Assembly (NCBI GenBank): GCA_009103225.1
Contig: RHPI01000772.1
Span: 446,558 to 510,557 of the forward strand
DNA from: Chlorokybus atmophyticus
Taxonomy: Eukaryota; Plantae; Mesostigma and Chlorokybus algae
DNA: 64,000 nt
Reading direction: 5' to 3'
The number at the start of each line of letters is the position of its first letter. Positions within the stretch are counted from its first letter, which is position 1. A program made the position numbers and the translations under genes. Below, piece after piece: positions 1 to 12,559 of this stretch. Under the pieces are notes generated by a model that saw nothing but the letters and a program-made list of their open reading frames with translations, was not told where the DNA came from and did no database searches.

Positions 1-2730
1 CTCGCTCGCTCGCAGTCAGACTGTCTGTGTGCAACCTGGTGCAAACTTGGTTTCTGTTGCTGTAGAGCGTCATGCGCATGTGCGCACCGTCCTATGCCGT
101 GGGGTGAGCTGGGCGACAAGGAGATGGGCTCCACCTCTCTTGGCACATGCACAGCCAATGAATACACTCACGTCTAGCACACATACATGCATGCACATAG
201 ACACCTGCTCATTTGCAGGCATCCCCCCCCTCTTCTCTGGCGTGAACTCTGAGCTCACATCACGCACGTACGCGCGCACACACACACACACTTAACTGAA
301 CTGTTTGCGTGCATGTGCGTGCCATTGCTGTTTGTGCTGCTGTACAAGGGCGACAAGCAGTTGGTCTCCACCTCCTCCAGCACTACACTAAGGTAGAGTG
401 ACACGCACACGCACACATGTGGCTTGTACATTGTCCTTCATTGTCATGCGCATATTCTACGCGGACACAGACACATGTGCAAGCATGAGCACGCGCTTTC
501 ACGCACAGTCACATGTGGCCATGCGGACAACTGTGTGCCTGCACACACGCAACCATGCGAGCACACACGCACCAGCATGCAACTGCACACATGAGTGCAT
601 GCGGGTGTCCATCGCAAATGATGATGCAGCACCCCCCTGCTGCTGCCTGTCTTTGCTAACAACGCCACTGGCAGCGTGTATGTGCATGTGTTTGTAATTC
701 ACGGGCTGAGCCTGTCAGTTTTACACACACAAGCACATTCACGCTGTAGTGGCCTGACCCCGCTGTCGTGCGCACACGCGCATACGCGTGGTGGTCACCT
801 CCTCTGGCAGCACCGCTGGGGCGGGGGTGGCCTGCCTTGCCTACACATCCACTTCAAGCCTGATGGTGAGCACAAGGACATGTTTTTGTTAATGATGTTG
901 TTGTTGTAAGCGTGCAGACATGAGTTGTACTGTGATTGTTCATCTTGCGCTGCAGTCGAAGTCGAAGGCGAGCGGTAGCATTTGACGGCCGTTCACGGCA
1001 CCACAACAGAGCAAGGTGGCATTGTGTTGACTGTAATGATCTCAAAAGTTAGGTGTGTGTGCATGTGGGCACACGCATACGCACATGCGCGCGCGCACAC
1101 ACATTTGGAAAAAGGGCGCGCTGACTGACTCGCAAGCACGCATGCGCGCATGCACAACAAATCCCCAGACACATGCACGCAGGCGGGACCTTGAGGATGG
1201 GACCATTCTCAACAACGGTTGACAGGCTAGGTCCTCGCCAACCTCTCCTTGGGGAAGCCTACTACTCTACTCCATCTACTTTACTCTAATCTACTGTACT
1301 CCATCGCTGCAGGTTTTTAGCCTCCTCGCCGATAGTGGTAGTGTGTAATAGTGTGCGCACGCGCATACACACAAATGCACGCATGCATATACCAATTGTA
1401 CACACCTGCCACTCGGCTACGCACACGCACACACAACGTGTATATCAATGCGTGTCAGTCAATAGCAACGTAGCATGCGCGCTAATATTACATAAACTCC
1501 TTCTGCCACACAGCTATACGGTATATGCTGGGCTGGGTGTACGTTCAAGCCCAAAGTATCAATCAACAAGCTTTGGTTCCAAAGAGCTCACTTGACTTTG
1601 ATGTTGATGGCAGTGTTACTGTAACATAGATTGCATATTGCAAATCGAACAGTTGTCGATTGAATGCTAATTGTAATTTGGGTCAACAAAAGCGTTTTCA
1701 CACGTATTGTACACGTATTGTACAATGTGACAAGCATGCGTATACTTAACTGACAGTTTGCATGGCCTTTATATTGCATGATGAGAAAAATTGCATGTTT
1801 ATGCACAAGCTCTGTAGCAAAGTATTACATATATCGTGGATGCACTTTGCTCACAAGAATGTATAACGATCACCGCGGAAAACTGCATGAAAGTGGATGT
1901 GACCACTACAAGGAGCTTGCATTGTTAACGTATTTGCAAGCAACAATGCTGCAAATTTAAAACTTTTGTAATTTGTTACAAGTTGATTGTGCTAATACAC
2001 ATACATTTATGACATGGTTGTAAGCAATGTATACAAAGTGTACAATGCATGCAAAGTACTACGATGGAGGTGTGCTAAACGTATAACAATCTTTTTTACT
2101 ATGGAAATTACAATTGCTGTAAAATTGTGAAGTATAAGCCTGTACCATGCGTATGCCATCATCATTCGTATTTACATACGAACGCATGCATGTCATGCAA
2201 ATTATTGTATACTAAGAATGTTACCTTTTTATATGCACAGCTACAACTAATTATACATGAAATCAATAAAGACATGTATAAACAACGGCATTCAAATGGC
2301 AATGCTGCGATTGAGAACTTTGAAGCTCAGCATTTTTGCTGTGCAACTGCAAATGGTCCGCTGAAGTTGTTATGTGTGCACGCGTCATGCAAATAGTGAC
2401 TTTGCGAAAATCGCTAACCCTGTTCCGGTTACTGGCGGTCAGGCCATTGAGACGTTAGCAATTAATAACGGAGTATTGTGACGTTGCACCATTGAGCCTT
2501 CTAAGAATTGGTGGATTCGTTGCTATTTTGCCCCGACGAACATGCGCACGAATTACTCCGTACAATCCCCGATGACCGAGTTTCGGGGGGCCCTTCGGGC
2601 CCTCAACCCACAATTTCACTTGTCAACCCCCTCGAGCGAGTGAATCAAAACCATCAGGGGTTAGGGTTAGCGGTGACTTTGCGGAAGTCGCCAACCCTAA
2701 ACCCCTGACAAACCTGTACTTATATGCATA

Positions 2731-3154
2731 CAGTCTAACCTCGATAAGTGCATACCATCGGGAACGGGCTTATGTATGCACTTATCGCGTTTATGCATCC
2801 TCATTAGGTGCATAAATTATGCACCCGCTTTAAGTGCATATATTATGCACTTAAAGCGGCATAAGTGCATAATCTATGCACTTATTGAGTAAACCTAATC
2901 CTGAATTACGTTGTAACGTGTATGACCGTAACTATAATACACTGTAATTATAACTTGTCTGTAACTTAAGCGTAACTCAGCTTGATAAGTGCATAGACAC
3001 ACCAAAGGTTAGGCATCTCAAGGTATGCATTTATCGATAAATGCATATGCTCTTAACGCACAGGTCTTCCCCCTGAAGACGTCGGTGATGGCCGAATTTA
3101 TGCACTAAACGCGGATATGCACTAATCGAATATGCACTTATCGAGGTTAGACTG
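2731..3154. mobile_element. MITE, Tc1/mariner-pogo-like, 424 bp
   Basis: Perfect 24-bp TIRs CAGTCTAACCTCGATAAGTGCATA; TA duplicated at 2729-2730 and 3155-3156; empty site GCATACTC in the duplicate copy near 57137; many internal ATAAGTGCATA/TATGCACTTAT motifs. Confidence 0.93.
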
Positions 3155-4294
3155 TACTCTTAAGTACGCAATTTTCACTTACAGTGTCATTAACGTATCC
3201 AGACTAAGTCTCAAGTCTTCATAGTTAAGTGATGATTGCTCAGTCATAAGCTAATGGCTAGTTTTGTTTATAAAGTGACCAAACGCGGGGTAAGTCAACT
3301 CAAAATGGATCAGCTAGTACAGGCTAATGCACTGGTACTAGGTGCCTACTAACACTAACTCACAACTGCTCAATGTCGCGTGGGACCCATGCCAATAGCC
3401 GGGGTCGATGCATGGTTGTAGGCATAGCTGAGTGGAATGCTCCCTACTGCTGGTAGCGCGGGAATGTAGACTGGCTGTAGGCATTCAGGAGAAGGTCGGC
3501 CTCTCCTGGACGGGTGGCGTGACAATGTGATGGTCATCGCTTGTGTATAGGGAATTCATCAAAGAAGAAATCAAAACCTGTTTTGTAAGGTGGACCTTGT
3601 CATGCCTTACGAGCTCGTGCGTTATGTTGTCGGAACCCTTTGTCCCTAACATGCTATGCATCATAAATGTATAGGTATGCGGGTGTAACAGTCACCCTAA
3701 CCATGGAAACTCACACATTCGCATTCGCAAATGGCAATAAATATGGTACACGCTCTGCTACACTGACTTAGGCGATATGTATGTAACCTGCTCATATATA
3801 AAGAAATTAACAGGCTGAATGCAAAGTGAATAGATGTATCAATCAAATTGCCAGCATGTGTGAACTTACACAAGAGAGATACTGACATATGCACACTGAA
3901 TGATGACAAACAACAACTGATAAAGCTTAGGGATCAATTGCACAACGCAAGCAGTCAAGCACAAGTACATACACACACTCAAGCAAAGCCAGCATGCATA
4001 TGCAAGCACAGAGAGGACCAGACTCATAATATGGCAGAACAGCTGGGTTACTCCGTTTTCACTTGAACACTTGCTGTCTCAGTAAGAAACTATACATGTG
4101 CATATAATATTTATATGTCCGAGCTTGCAACTCGCTGTTACACTACCAACCGTTAAGCTAAGGACCTGTAATGCCACGGACGTACTTCTTCCAAAACCTC
4201 CCGCTCTTCCTTGCGCCTTTTTAGCTGCGTGCCGAGTTTCCTGCAATCATGTCTGCGGGCTTCCGCTCTGGTCAGTGCGCCATGTTAGCAGCGC

Positions 4295-4791
4295 TGTAAC
4301 ACGTGGGCTCCGGCTAGTAGGCTATGATAGCCAAAGACGTTACCATGAGTGAGGTATGTCACAATTTATCCCAAATTGTGACAGTCCTCCCAATTTAACC
4401 CATGGGTTCCTCATTATCCAATTCAGTACTTATTAGCCCATGTCGTCGTGGTCACGGCCATACCACGACCAATCTGCCCGCGGCCTTTTGGATCCGGCCA
4501 TCCTCACCGCGCGACCGCTCACGCGGCCATACTATGGCCGCGTGGCGCCGAGCCAGTTTGACCTAGTAGGTCAAACTGGCTCGGCTCGCAGGTTGCAAAC
4601 CTGCGCCCAGCCTAGGGCAAGCCGCCCCAAATGTTTTTTGCCCTTGGATCTGCCTTAGTCCCCTACGGGAATTGAACTTGAGACGTCAAGCTTCGTTACC
4701 ATTGTAACAAGTGGGCTCCGACCACTAGGCTACGGTAGCAAAAGACACTACCGTGAGTGAGGTCTATCACAATATATCCCAAATTGTGACA
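4295..4791 (-). mobile_element. TRIM-like miniature LTR element, 497 bp, with 89-bp terminal repeats
   Basis: Direct repeats 4295-4383 and 4703-4791, each TGT...ACA. Minus strand: TGGTAACGAAGC (PBS-like, resembles iMet TGGTATCAGAGC) follows one repeat and GGGAGGAC (PPT-like) precedes the other. Flanks AGCGC/GGCGT may be a decayed 5-bp TSD. Confidence 0.7.
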
Positions 4792-5878
4792 GGCGTGGCC
4801 TTCCTCCGCCTGCCATGTTGTACCGCTGATGCTGTTCCTCGAGATCGACCACTATGCTCGGTATATGTTTCTCGCTAATGAGTGTACACTGGCTGTTACA
4901 ATCAGCCGAGGTCATTCGATATCGAGGTTCCCTCACATAATAGCTGTCGTGCCTTACGAGCTCGTGCATTATGATGTTAAAACCCTTCGTTCAAACACGC
5001 TATGCATTATAAAAGTATACGTGTGCGGGTGTAACAGTCACCCTGACCATCAAAACTCACACGTTGGCATTTGCAAATGGCAAAAAGTATGGTACACGCT
5101 TTGTTATCTCTGATTTATGCTATATATCTAACCTGCTCATGTGTAAAGGAATCTACAAGCTACCTCCCTGTAAAAACCACAGGCCCTCCAAGCATTTAGA
5201 AATTTCGGTTCTCATTGGTTGTAGGCGGGCTTTCCTTGAAGCAGCTTTGCATCGGTCACAAAACCACTTACCATTGGGTACATCAGCCAATGGTTCTAGC
5301 AATTAGAAAATGTGCCAACCGTCCTGGCACGCGTCACACAACAGCATCACATTGTCACGATCAATGCTACCGCATCCTTCATGGTGGTGACTGCGCAGGG
5401 GGCGAAAGGTCTTTGTGCTCGGGTCGTTGCCATCCTCTACCATGGGTAGATAACACAGGGCACCTTCTCCATGTGGTCTTTTATGGTAGCACCGATGCGG
5501 TCTACTAACTCAAGCCCGCCCTCTGGTGGGACCTTCTTGACCTTCAAGATTTGCCGACCGGTCCCCATCTGCAAGGTGTTCTAGGTGGCGCAATGTCGAT
5601 AGACGTTGTCTTCTGCTTTAAACTTGTGGATGCGCGGTTGATGCCACTGCACACACGCTCATACCGCCCGGTGTCGCGGTGTTGTGCAACTTGCAAGTTG
5701 GCCATATCCATGGGCATTAGCCGCCTGAACAGTTCTATGCGTAGACAAAGAGCAGCTAGCATGGTGGCCGGTGTCTCGATGCTCACCACATGTCCCACCC
5801 GTCATCGAACGCGCAAAGGAAGCAAAGGCTCTCCGCCAAATAAAAGAAAGTACGAACTGAGAGACCGCAGTGCCTTGT

Positions 5879-7532
5879 CACCAATACAAATGGCCTCCCA
5901 ACAGTTCGGCCTTGCCCACAAATCAAGTAGAGATCCAGCTATAACTTAATTAGGGATCCATATGCAAGCAACATATCCATTTTTGCACTCTTTGCGGCTG
6001 CAGCCACAACTTTGTTTGGTATCGAGCTGCCATTAAGGTCAACTAGCTGGTGTGCATTGAGTTTGGTATCCGTCTTTTTTTGAACTTAATAATAGCCACA
6101 TCTTAAATTAATTTTTGGTTAGATCATGTATCAAGATTAATCTTGATGCGTGATTTAACCAGAAATGTTATGGCCGCAATTCGTGGCGAAAAACCAAAAG
6201 AGCCACAGTACACATGGTTTTTGTCTCGCCATCGCCGAGTTTCGAACCTGCGCGGCAGGATGTGTTGGGTTAGATCATGTAAGATTAATCTTAATGCGTG
6301 ATATAACCAGAAATGTTATGGCCGCAGTTCGTGGCAAAAAACCACAAGAGCCACAGCAAACGGGTTTTCGTCTCACCATCTTTAAGGTTCGAACCTGCGC
6401 GGCAAAACCTGGTGGTGTATCAAGCAATATCATATGACCTAGCATGGACCAGCTAGACTACGACGACACGAGACGCACTGCAACGCGTTTGTAAAGCATC
6501 TAGCCTATATTAACTGCTTCAAATTGTCTCACGTGCCGCAACGCATGCACCAACAGCTGCTTACAACGGCATTATCGGTATATGTATATATATGTATATA
6601 TGTATATACATATATGTATATATACATATATATATATGTACATATATATAGTCATACATAGAAATATATGGTTATATATACATATATATATACCGCGGTA
6701 TTAATATATATATAGCACTTGTATCAAACAGATAAAGGTAAAGGCGGATTTTACCACTATATAGGTGACTTGGGGAGGGAGACTTTGTTCAACTTACCGT
6801 TTGTCCAATCACAGCGCGACATTACCGGCTAATGTTTGCATTATGCGCTCTACGTCACCTGCTGCCGCAAGGTTGGTTGCGGAGTTCTGGTCAAGTCTTT
6901 ACATGTTTACCTCATGTGCTACCACAGTTTACCAACGATTATACATGCAAGTTGCAGCCTTCTACTCGCTTGCCCCGCGGCCTGCTACTAGCAGGCCACG
7001 GGGCAAGCCATGCATAGGCCGCGGGGTTGAACCGGCAATTTGGCAATGATAAGATCATAAAATTATTATGGTTTGTAACAATGGAAAGATCGATCCTAGC
7101 GTTCCGAGTTTGTTAAGTATGAAGTCTTGTACCATTGTTGGAACTGGTCACAATTATAAAGATGATGTGTACAGCTTTAGCATGCAACGTGAATGCATTC
7201 TAATGTTATCGTCGAGTCCTCAATTGTGTTGAGGAAAAGACGCATTGTTAACGAATTGTTCACAACTGTAATTGCGACTTACACAAGTCTTTCTCACGGC
7301 CTGAACCCTTGATTACATAAGAACCGAATCCTGTACATTGATGGAGATCCGGTACTTACGATCGTCACCGGCGGATTGCCGTTTGTGGCAGGTCGCAATA
7401 AAATTCCGGCTGCAGCTACAACATATGTACGGATCCGTCATAATATCTACGAAATCCGCAAATAATGTCCGGCTTCGTCCATGACAAAGTTGCGGATCAA
7501 ACCTTATATGCCGAAACGCATTTCTACCGACA
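5879..7532. mobile_element. Non-autonomous TIR element family X, copy 1 (CACTA-like by termini and TSD length)
   Basis: Decayed match to family TIR CACCGGTRGAAATGG at both ends; TGT at 5876-5878 and 7533-7535 (3-bp TSD); interrupts the el0 integrase; internal (TA)-rich tract and ~150-bp tandem duplication at ~6120-6410. Confidence 0.65.
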
Positions 7533-7717
7533 TGTCGCGTGCATCGGTAGCCTAAGGCCAGCCAAGTCCCAGTCGCGGTTGTCGTGTTGTCAACAGTACT
7601 TGCGTAAGGCCTTCCTCACGATGTACACTATACGCTCCGCCAACCCATCCCCTCGCGGATGATTCCACGAGGTGCGCCGGTAGTTAATGTAAGCCTTTGG
7701 TAGGAGCTTATCAAACT

Positions 7718-8765
7718 TGTCGGGGGAAGTCAAGGGTCACACTGTTTCGGGCCGCTGCAGGGAAAGTCATGCGTGCTGGTCCTAGTGCTGCAACATGTTA
7801 TAACCTGCGGCAAAAGTAAAAGATAACCCAGCTTGTATGGCGAGGAGTGCTTGGTGGAGCTGCTCCACTGTTGCTGAACACGGACATGTGGAGGCGGTGT
7901 CTTCCTTAGTATACATGCTGTGCTGTAGCACACAGTCAACAAGCCACTACTATAGGTAGTGGCTGCTTACACAGTTCTTTGCATGAGCGGAAAATTTATT
8001 CCATTGTTAAGTGAGGTGAATGAGCAAGCAACACGTGGATACTATGCCCTGACTGATGACGACAAGCACACTGCAACCCGGCACACCAGGCCCACAGCGA
8101 TGACAAGCACGATGCACACGCGAGCATGCACAGGCTATCACACAGTGAGGGGGTTCTTGATAACCGGGATGGCGTGTTCGTAGTTCAAGTCGTTTCACAA
8201 GCTCTTGGTTTTCTCACTCACAGTGTCACCAACTGATCCGGTGAACAAAGTGACTACTTATACAAGTCAAATCATGACTGTTCAGAACATAAGCTAACGG
8301 TCATACGGAGGCTATTTTCACAGCGATTATCACTCGATGTAGAACACAACTTATAACTGAACAGTTACGCGCGGTGCCTATGTGGGCTATGGTCGTGAGC
8401 TACCTTGAAGTCATGACCTAGCTACTGGTCAGGGACGCGCGCGCGTTGGTGTGTCGATAGGCCGGGCGACGGTTTTGATGTAGACATGCCCGATGAAGGC
8501 TGGTATGTGTGGGCACCAGGCATGACAGCTGTCGGGTCGGGGGAAGTCGAGGGTCACACTGTCTCGGGCCGCTGCAGGGAAAGTCATGCGTGCTGGTCCT
8601 GGTGCTGCAACATGTTGTAACCTACGGCAAAAGTAAAAGATAACTCAGCTTGTATGGCGAGGAGTGCTTGGTGGAGCTGCTCCACTGAAGCTGAACACGG
8701 ACATGTGGAGGCGGTGTCTTCCTTAGTATACATGCTGTGCTGTAGAACACACAGTTAACAAGCCA
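7718..8765 (-). repeat. Element 1 3' terminal block B1 (8765-8530) - GC - A2 (8527-7934) - B2 (7946-7718)
   Basis: B1 and B2 are near-identical; A2 matches A1 at 20179-20769; purine tract AGGGGGG (top-strand 8766-8772) immediately precedes B1. Confidence 0.92.
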
Positions 8766-8809
8766 CCCCCCTGAGCTTCTGGAGAGGTTCTAGCTTTGGA
8801 GCTCAACTG

Positions 8810-11800
8810 CTAACGCAGGTGAGGAGGGCCGTTGGTGCGGCAATCGTCGCACCAGTACTTCTCCATGGGTATTGCGTCCAATGGGGGCTCCAGACAGTAG
8901 CAATGCAGGCCCTTGTTACAGCCATTGCAGAGCATCGTGAGTGCGTTATCGCCGGCGCTGCCGCAGCGTTCACATCGTGTGCTGCGGGCGGGGCGAGGGT
9001 ACTGGATGCGCGCGAAGCCTGCTACGTAGGGGAGGTGACATGGCGCGCAGTTCACCACGTTGTCTTTCAACCCCTCGCCATTCTAACCAAGAAAATCCAG
9101 CACTCCTGTGGGGTACACCTTGAGTACCTTGTAGACGGTGCAGCCCACGGAGGTGTCGAGCGTGTCTTTAGTGGCTGTCATGCGGTAGGCACCAACTTGA
9201 AACCGCCGTTGGCGCTCCTTGTAGAAGCCGCTTCACACGCGCTCGTAGCGCAGAGTGTCACGGTGCTGTGCAATGCGTAGGTTGTGGAAGGCCATCGGGA
9301 CGGTGTGCTTGAACAGCGTGGCACGTGTGGTGATGTCGTGGTGCATCCAGTCGGGATCGTCGAGGTTGTCCATCACACGGTCTACTTCCTGCTGTGCACG
9401 AAAGGGAAGCAACGGCGGACGCCCAAACAGCAAGTAGTATGGGCTGTACTCGCGCAGCGCCGCCTGCTTCGACAATCGGTAGCCAAGAGCCACCCACGGA
9501 AGGTGGTCGTCCCAGGTGTTCTTCTCATAATCCAGCATGTACTCGCGCAGTGCCTTCTTGATAGTCTGCACCGTCCGCTCGGTGAAACCATTGGCTTAAG
9601 AGTGGTCACGCGAAGTACGGCGATGATCGATGTAGCATATGTCCAGCAGAGTGTCGAACTCCCCTCTGAACTCAGTGCCTTGGTCGGTGATGACCTCAGC
9701 GCAGCTGCCGAACTGGCTGAGGACATGGAAGAGGAAAGCTTGAGCCACCCCCTTGCTGCTCTTGTCGGGTAATGGCACCAGCTCCACCCATTTAGAGAAG
9801 TGCTCGATCATGACCAGGATGTAGCGGTTGCCCCGCGCCGAGGGTGCCAAGTCTCCCAAGATGTCGAGTCCCCAACGGTAAAACAGCCAGAGATGGGGAG
9901 AGGGTGCAAGGTGTTGACATACACACGTGCAAGTGACACGCCAACAACATCAACACAAGAGTATGACTGCTACTGCCGCCATAGCATACGCACACATGCT
10001 ACATCGTGACCTCTCATCTTCATTGCAACAAGTCTGGGCTTTATACCCCGCCAGTCTCTACACACGTCTACGTTGGCAAGCACCGCGTGCGCTATACTCA
10101 GCCGATTGCTGTTCTGTAAGCTACGCTGTGTAGCTCACAACTAGAGCTTTTCAATAAGCTAAGCCACGCCTGCTAAGCTTACGTATCCACGAAGCTACGC
10201 GATTTCTCCCAAGGCTCTACCAAGCAGCCTGGTCCGGAGTCCGTCATGACTCGACCGTCTTGCTAAGTCTGGAGCCCACGCGCTTCTTCCTGGTACCTTC
10301 GACCCTCGACTCCTGTATAAAGGGCAAGCTGACCGGATACAAGCATCACCTATGTAATACCTTCAACACTCCCACGCGGGCAGCTTGTCCTTCAACATCA
10401 GCTCCTCCATTACTCACGCACACCGCTTACTCTTACGCAAGCCTTTACCTTTTTTTCTCACGCCTCCATGCTTCTCGTGGATGACCTTAAAGTCATTCAC
10501 TTCCACAGCAACTCGAGCCTCATGGTTGACCACCAACCTTGCTTTTTGCTGTACATACATGTTGCCTTCATGCACCCGCTGCATCTGTCCTCGTTGACAG
10601 TGCCTCCGCCTCTGGTATCAGCCCATGACTCCTCTAGTCAACTTGCTTTCCACCACTTGCAGCTCCCACGGGCTCCGCAATCGCAACCTACTTGTGCCTT
10701 CTTGTTGCTCATGACCTTGTGGTATCTTGCAACTCCATCATCAACCACCCTTGTCAATGCAGCAACCTTGCGCACACCATGGCCATTTTCATGTCCATGT
10801 CCACATGCTTCTGCGTATAGCCTCCAAGCTTCACGCCTCCAGGATGCTCCATGTCCAGCTTCCAAGTGATCACGCTTCCAGGATGCTCATCACGCTTCCT
10901 CGCATGCACCTTCAGCCAAGCACTCCACATGCTTCAACCAAAGTACCAAGCACTTTACCATGCTTCACCAAGGACTGCCCTCGCTCCCCTTTTCGGAAGC
11001 TCCATCAAACACTCCACCGTGCTCGACCTCAAGGGTTGCCATCTGCTCCCCTTCCTTCCACCAAGCACATCAACGTGCTTACCACGGGTTGCCTCTCGCA
11101 TTCCTTTAAGCGCTTCACCACGCTCCACCAAATATTCCTCGCACTCAGCAACACGAGCTGACATCTTCAGCTCCCACGTATCAAGGGCGCCTCCTCTTCC
11201 AAGTACTTCATGTACTCTTCTTCAGTCAACAGAAAATCTCCATCATCTCCTCCTCTTGGTCCATGTACTTCCGCATCTCCTTGTGGGCCACTAGTAGCTC
11301 CATCTTCACACTCCAAGTGTTGTAGTCGTCAACGTCCGGTAGTCCAATCGCAATCTTCAAGCTGTCCATGCTGGTGGCCTTGGTTGGTTGCCCTCTCTGC
11401 TCACAGACCTCACAACCCCACACTACCACAAAGCAATACCAGCTATACATACAATTGTAACACACTCCATCAACCTACACAAGCATGTGTGGGCCCATAA
11501 CCTGTTGACATACACACGTGCAAGTGACACGCCAACAACATGAACACAAGAGTATGACTGCTACTGCCGCCATAGCATACGCACACATGCTACATCGTGA
11601 CCTCTCATCTTCATTGCAACAAATCTGGGCTTTATACCCCGCCAGTCTCTACACACGTCTACATTGGCAAGCACCGCGTGCGCTATACTCAGCCGATTGC
11701 TGTTCTGTAAGCTACGCTGTCTAGCTCACAACCAGAGCTTTTCAACAAGCTAAGCCACGCCTGCTAATCTTACGTATCCACGAAGCTACGCGATTTCTTC

Positions 11801-12150
11801 CAAGGCTCTACCAAGCAGCCTGGTCCGGAGTCCGTCATGACTCGACCGTCTTGCTAAGTCTGGAGCCCACGCGCTTCTTCCTGGTACTTTCGACCCTCGA
11901 CTCCTGTATGAAGGGTAAGCTGACCGGATACAAGCATCACCTATGTAATACCTTCAACACAAGGTGGCGCTGCGTGTGTTGAGGCTGGCACGTACCATAT
12001 CACACTGCTGGCAGCGATTGACGAACCCCTGCACCTGTTTGGACAGCCCATACCACAAATATTGCGCCCTTACCAGGCTGACGGTACGCTTGACACAAAA
12101 GTGCCCAAGCTCCGTGTGGAGGGCAGCGATGATGCCCTCGTGTGTGGCTG
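8810..12150 (-). pseudogene. Element 1 integrase (HHCC, DDE core) plus C-terminal PHD finger; split by the Copia insertion and by nonsense codons
   Basis: HTELGHFCVKR...CQQC; IEHFSKWVELVPL...ITDQGTEF; CERCGS...LCNGCNKGLHCYCLEPP...YWCDDC. Confidence 0.93.
9912..11959 (-). mobile_element. Non-autonomous Ty1/Copia-derived LTR element, 2048 bp, nested in the element 1 integrase
   Basis: 457-bp LTRs at 9912-10368 and 11503-11959 with TGTTGA...TCAACA; 5-bp TSD CAAGG; minus-strand PBS GGTTATGGGCCCA (11502-11490), the half-tRNA-iMet type of Drosophila copia; PPT GTGGGGAG; gag N-terminal remnant DDYNTWSVKMELL. Confidence 0.93.
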
Positions 12151-12559
12151 GTGTAGGCACCTCTTTGTCCTCTTTCTGGACGCGGCGGTACACTTTGTCA
12201 TCCGCCCGCCGGCAGTGGTGGGTGCGCTGACTGACACGATCTTTCTCTCGTGCACTCATGTTGGAGGGAAGCTGGCCACTTTCAAGGAAGGAGAGTGATA
12301 GCTTGTCCAGCCAAATGTCCCGCCTGGTGTCGGTGGGTGCCAGCTCGGTGTCGTCAACTTCAATGTCGACCGCGTGGACGTCCCTTTGTGGTGTGGTCAC
12401 TGTGGGGTCACTAGCCTCAAAGGCAGGAACCTCCTCTGTCGTTGAGGTGGTGTTGATCTGGCGCCCTGACCGTGACGCAGCAGCAGCAAACATGGCCGCC
12501 ATGGTGGGAGCTGCTGCTGCGAGGCCGAGCTTGTGCCGAGCTCCGGTTGCATCGTAGGT

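Larger units (their letters stand above)
3598..7717 (-). mobile_element. Old relic of the same Gypsy-like family ('el0'): 3' terminal repeats, PHD and integrase C-terminal half; interrupted by a TRIM, a TIR element and element 1
   Basis: Minus-strand translation gives FDKLLPKAYINYRRTSWNHPRGDGLAERIV (7533-7717), SSYFLLFG..QVAQHRDTGRYERV (5650-5875) and LEPLADVPNGKWFCDRCK (~5250-5300). Diverged direct repeats at 3598-3820 and 4945-5165 both end in GACA on the minus strand. Confidence 0.8.
56..10059 (+). repeat. Segmental direct duplication, copy 1 (copy 2 = 54461-64000, runs off the window)
   Basis: Colinear near-identical sequence; the ORF track repeats with an offset of ~54405, falling to ~53981 after the MITE present only in copy 1. 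Confidence 0.97.

Noticed and set aside
29-1600. Short His/Thr/Cys-rich ORFs
   Set aside because: They come from CA/TG- and TGCA-rich low-complexity DNA; no motifs or splice-consistent model.
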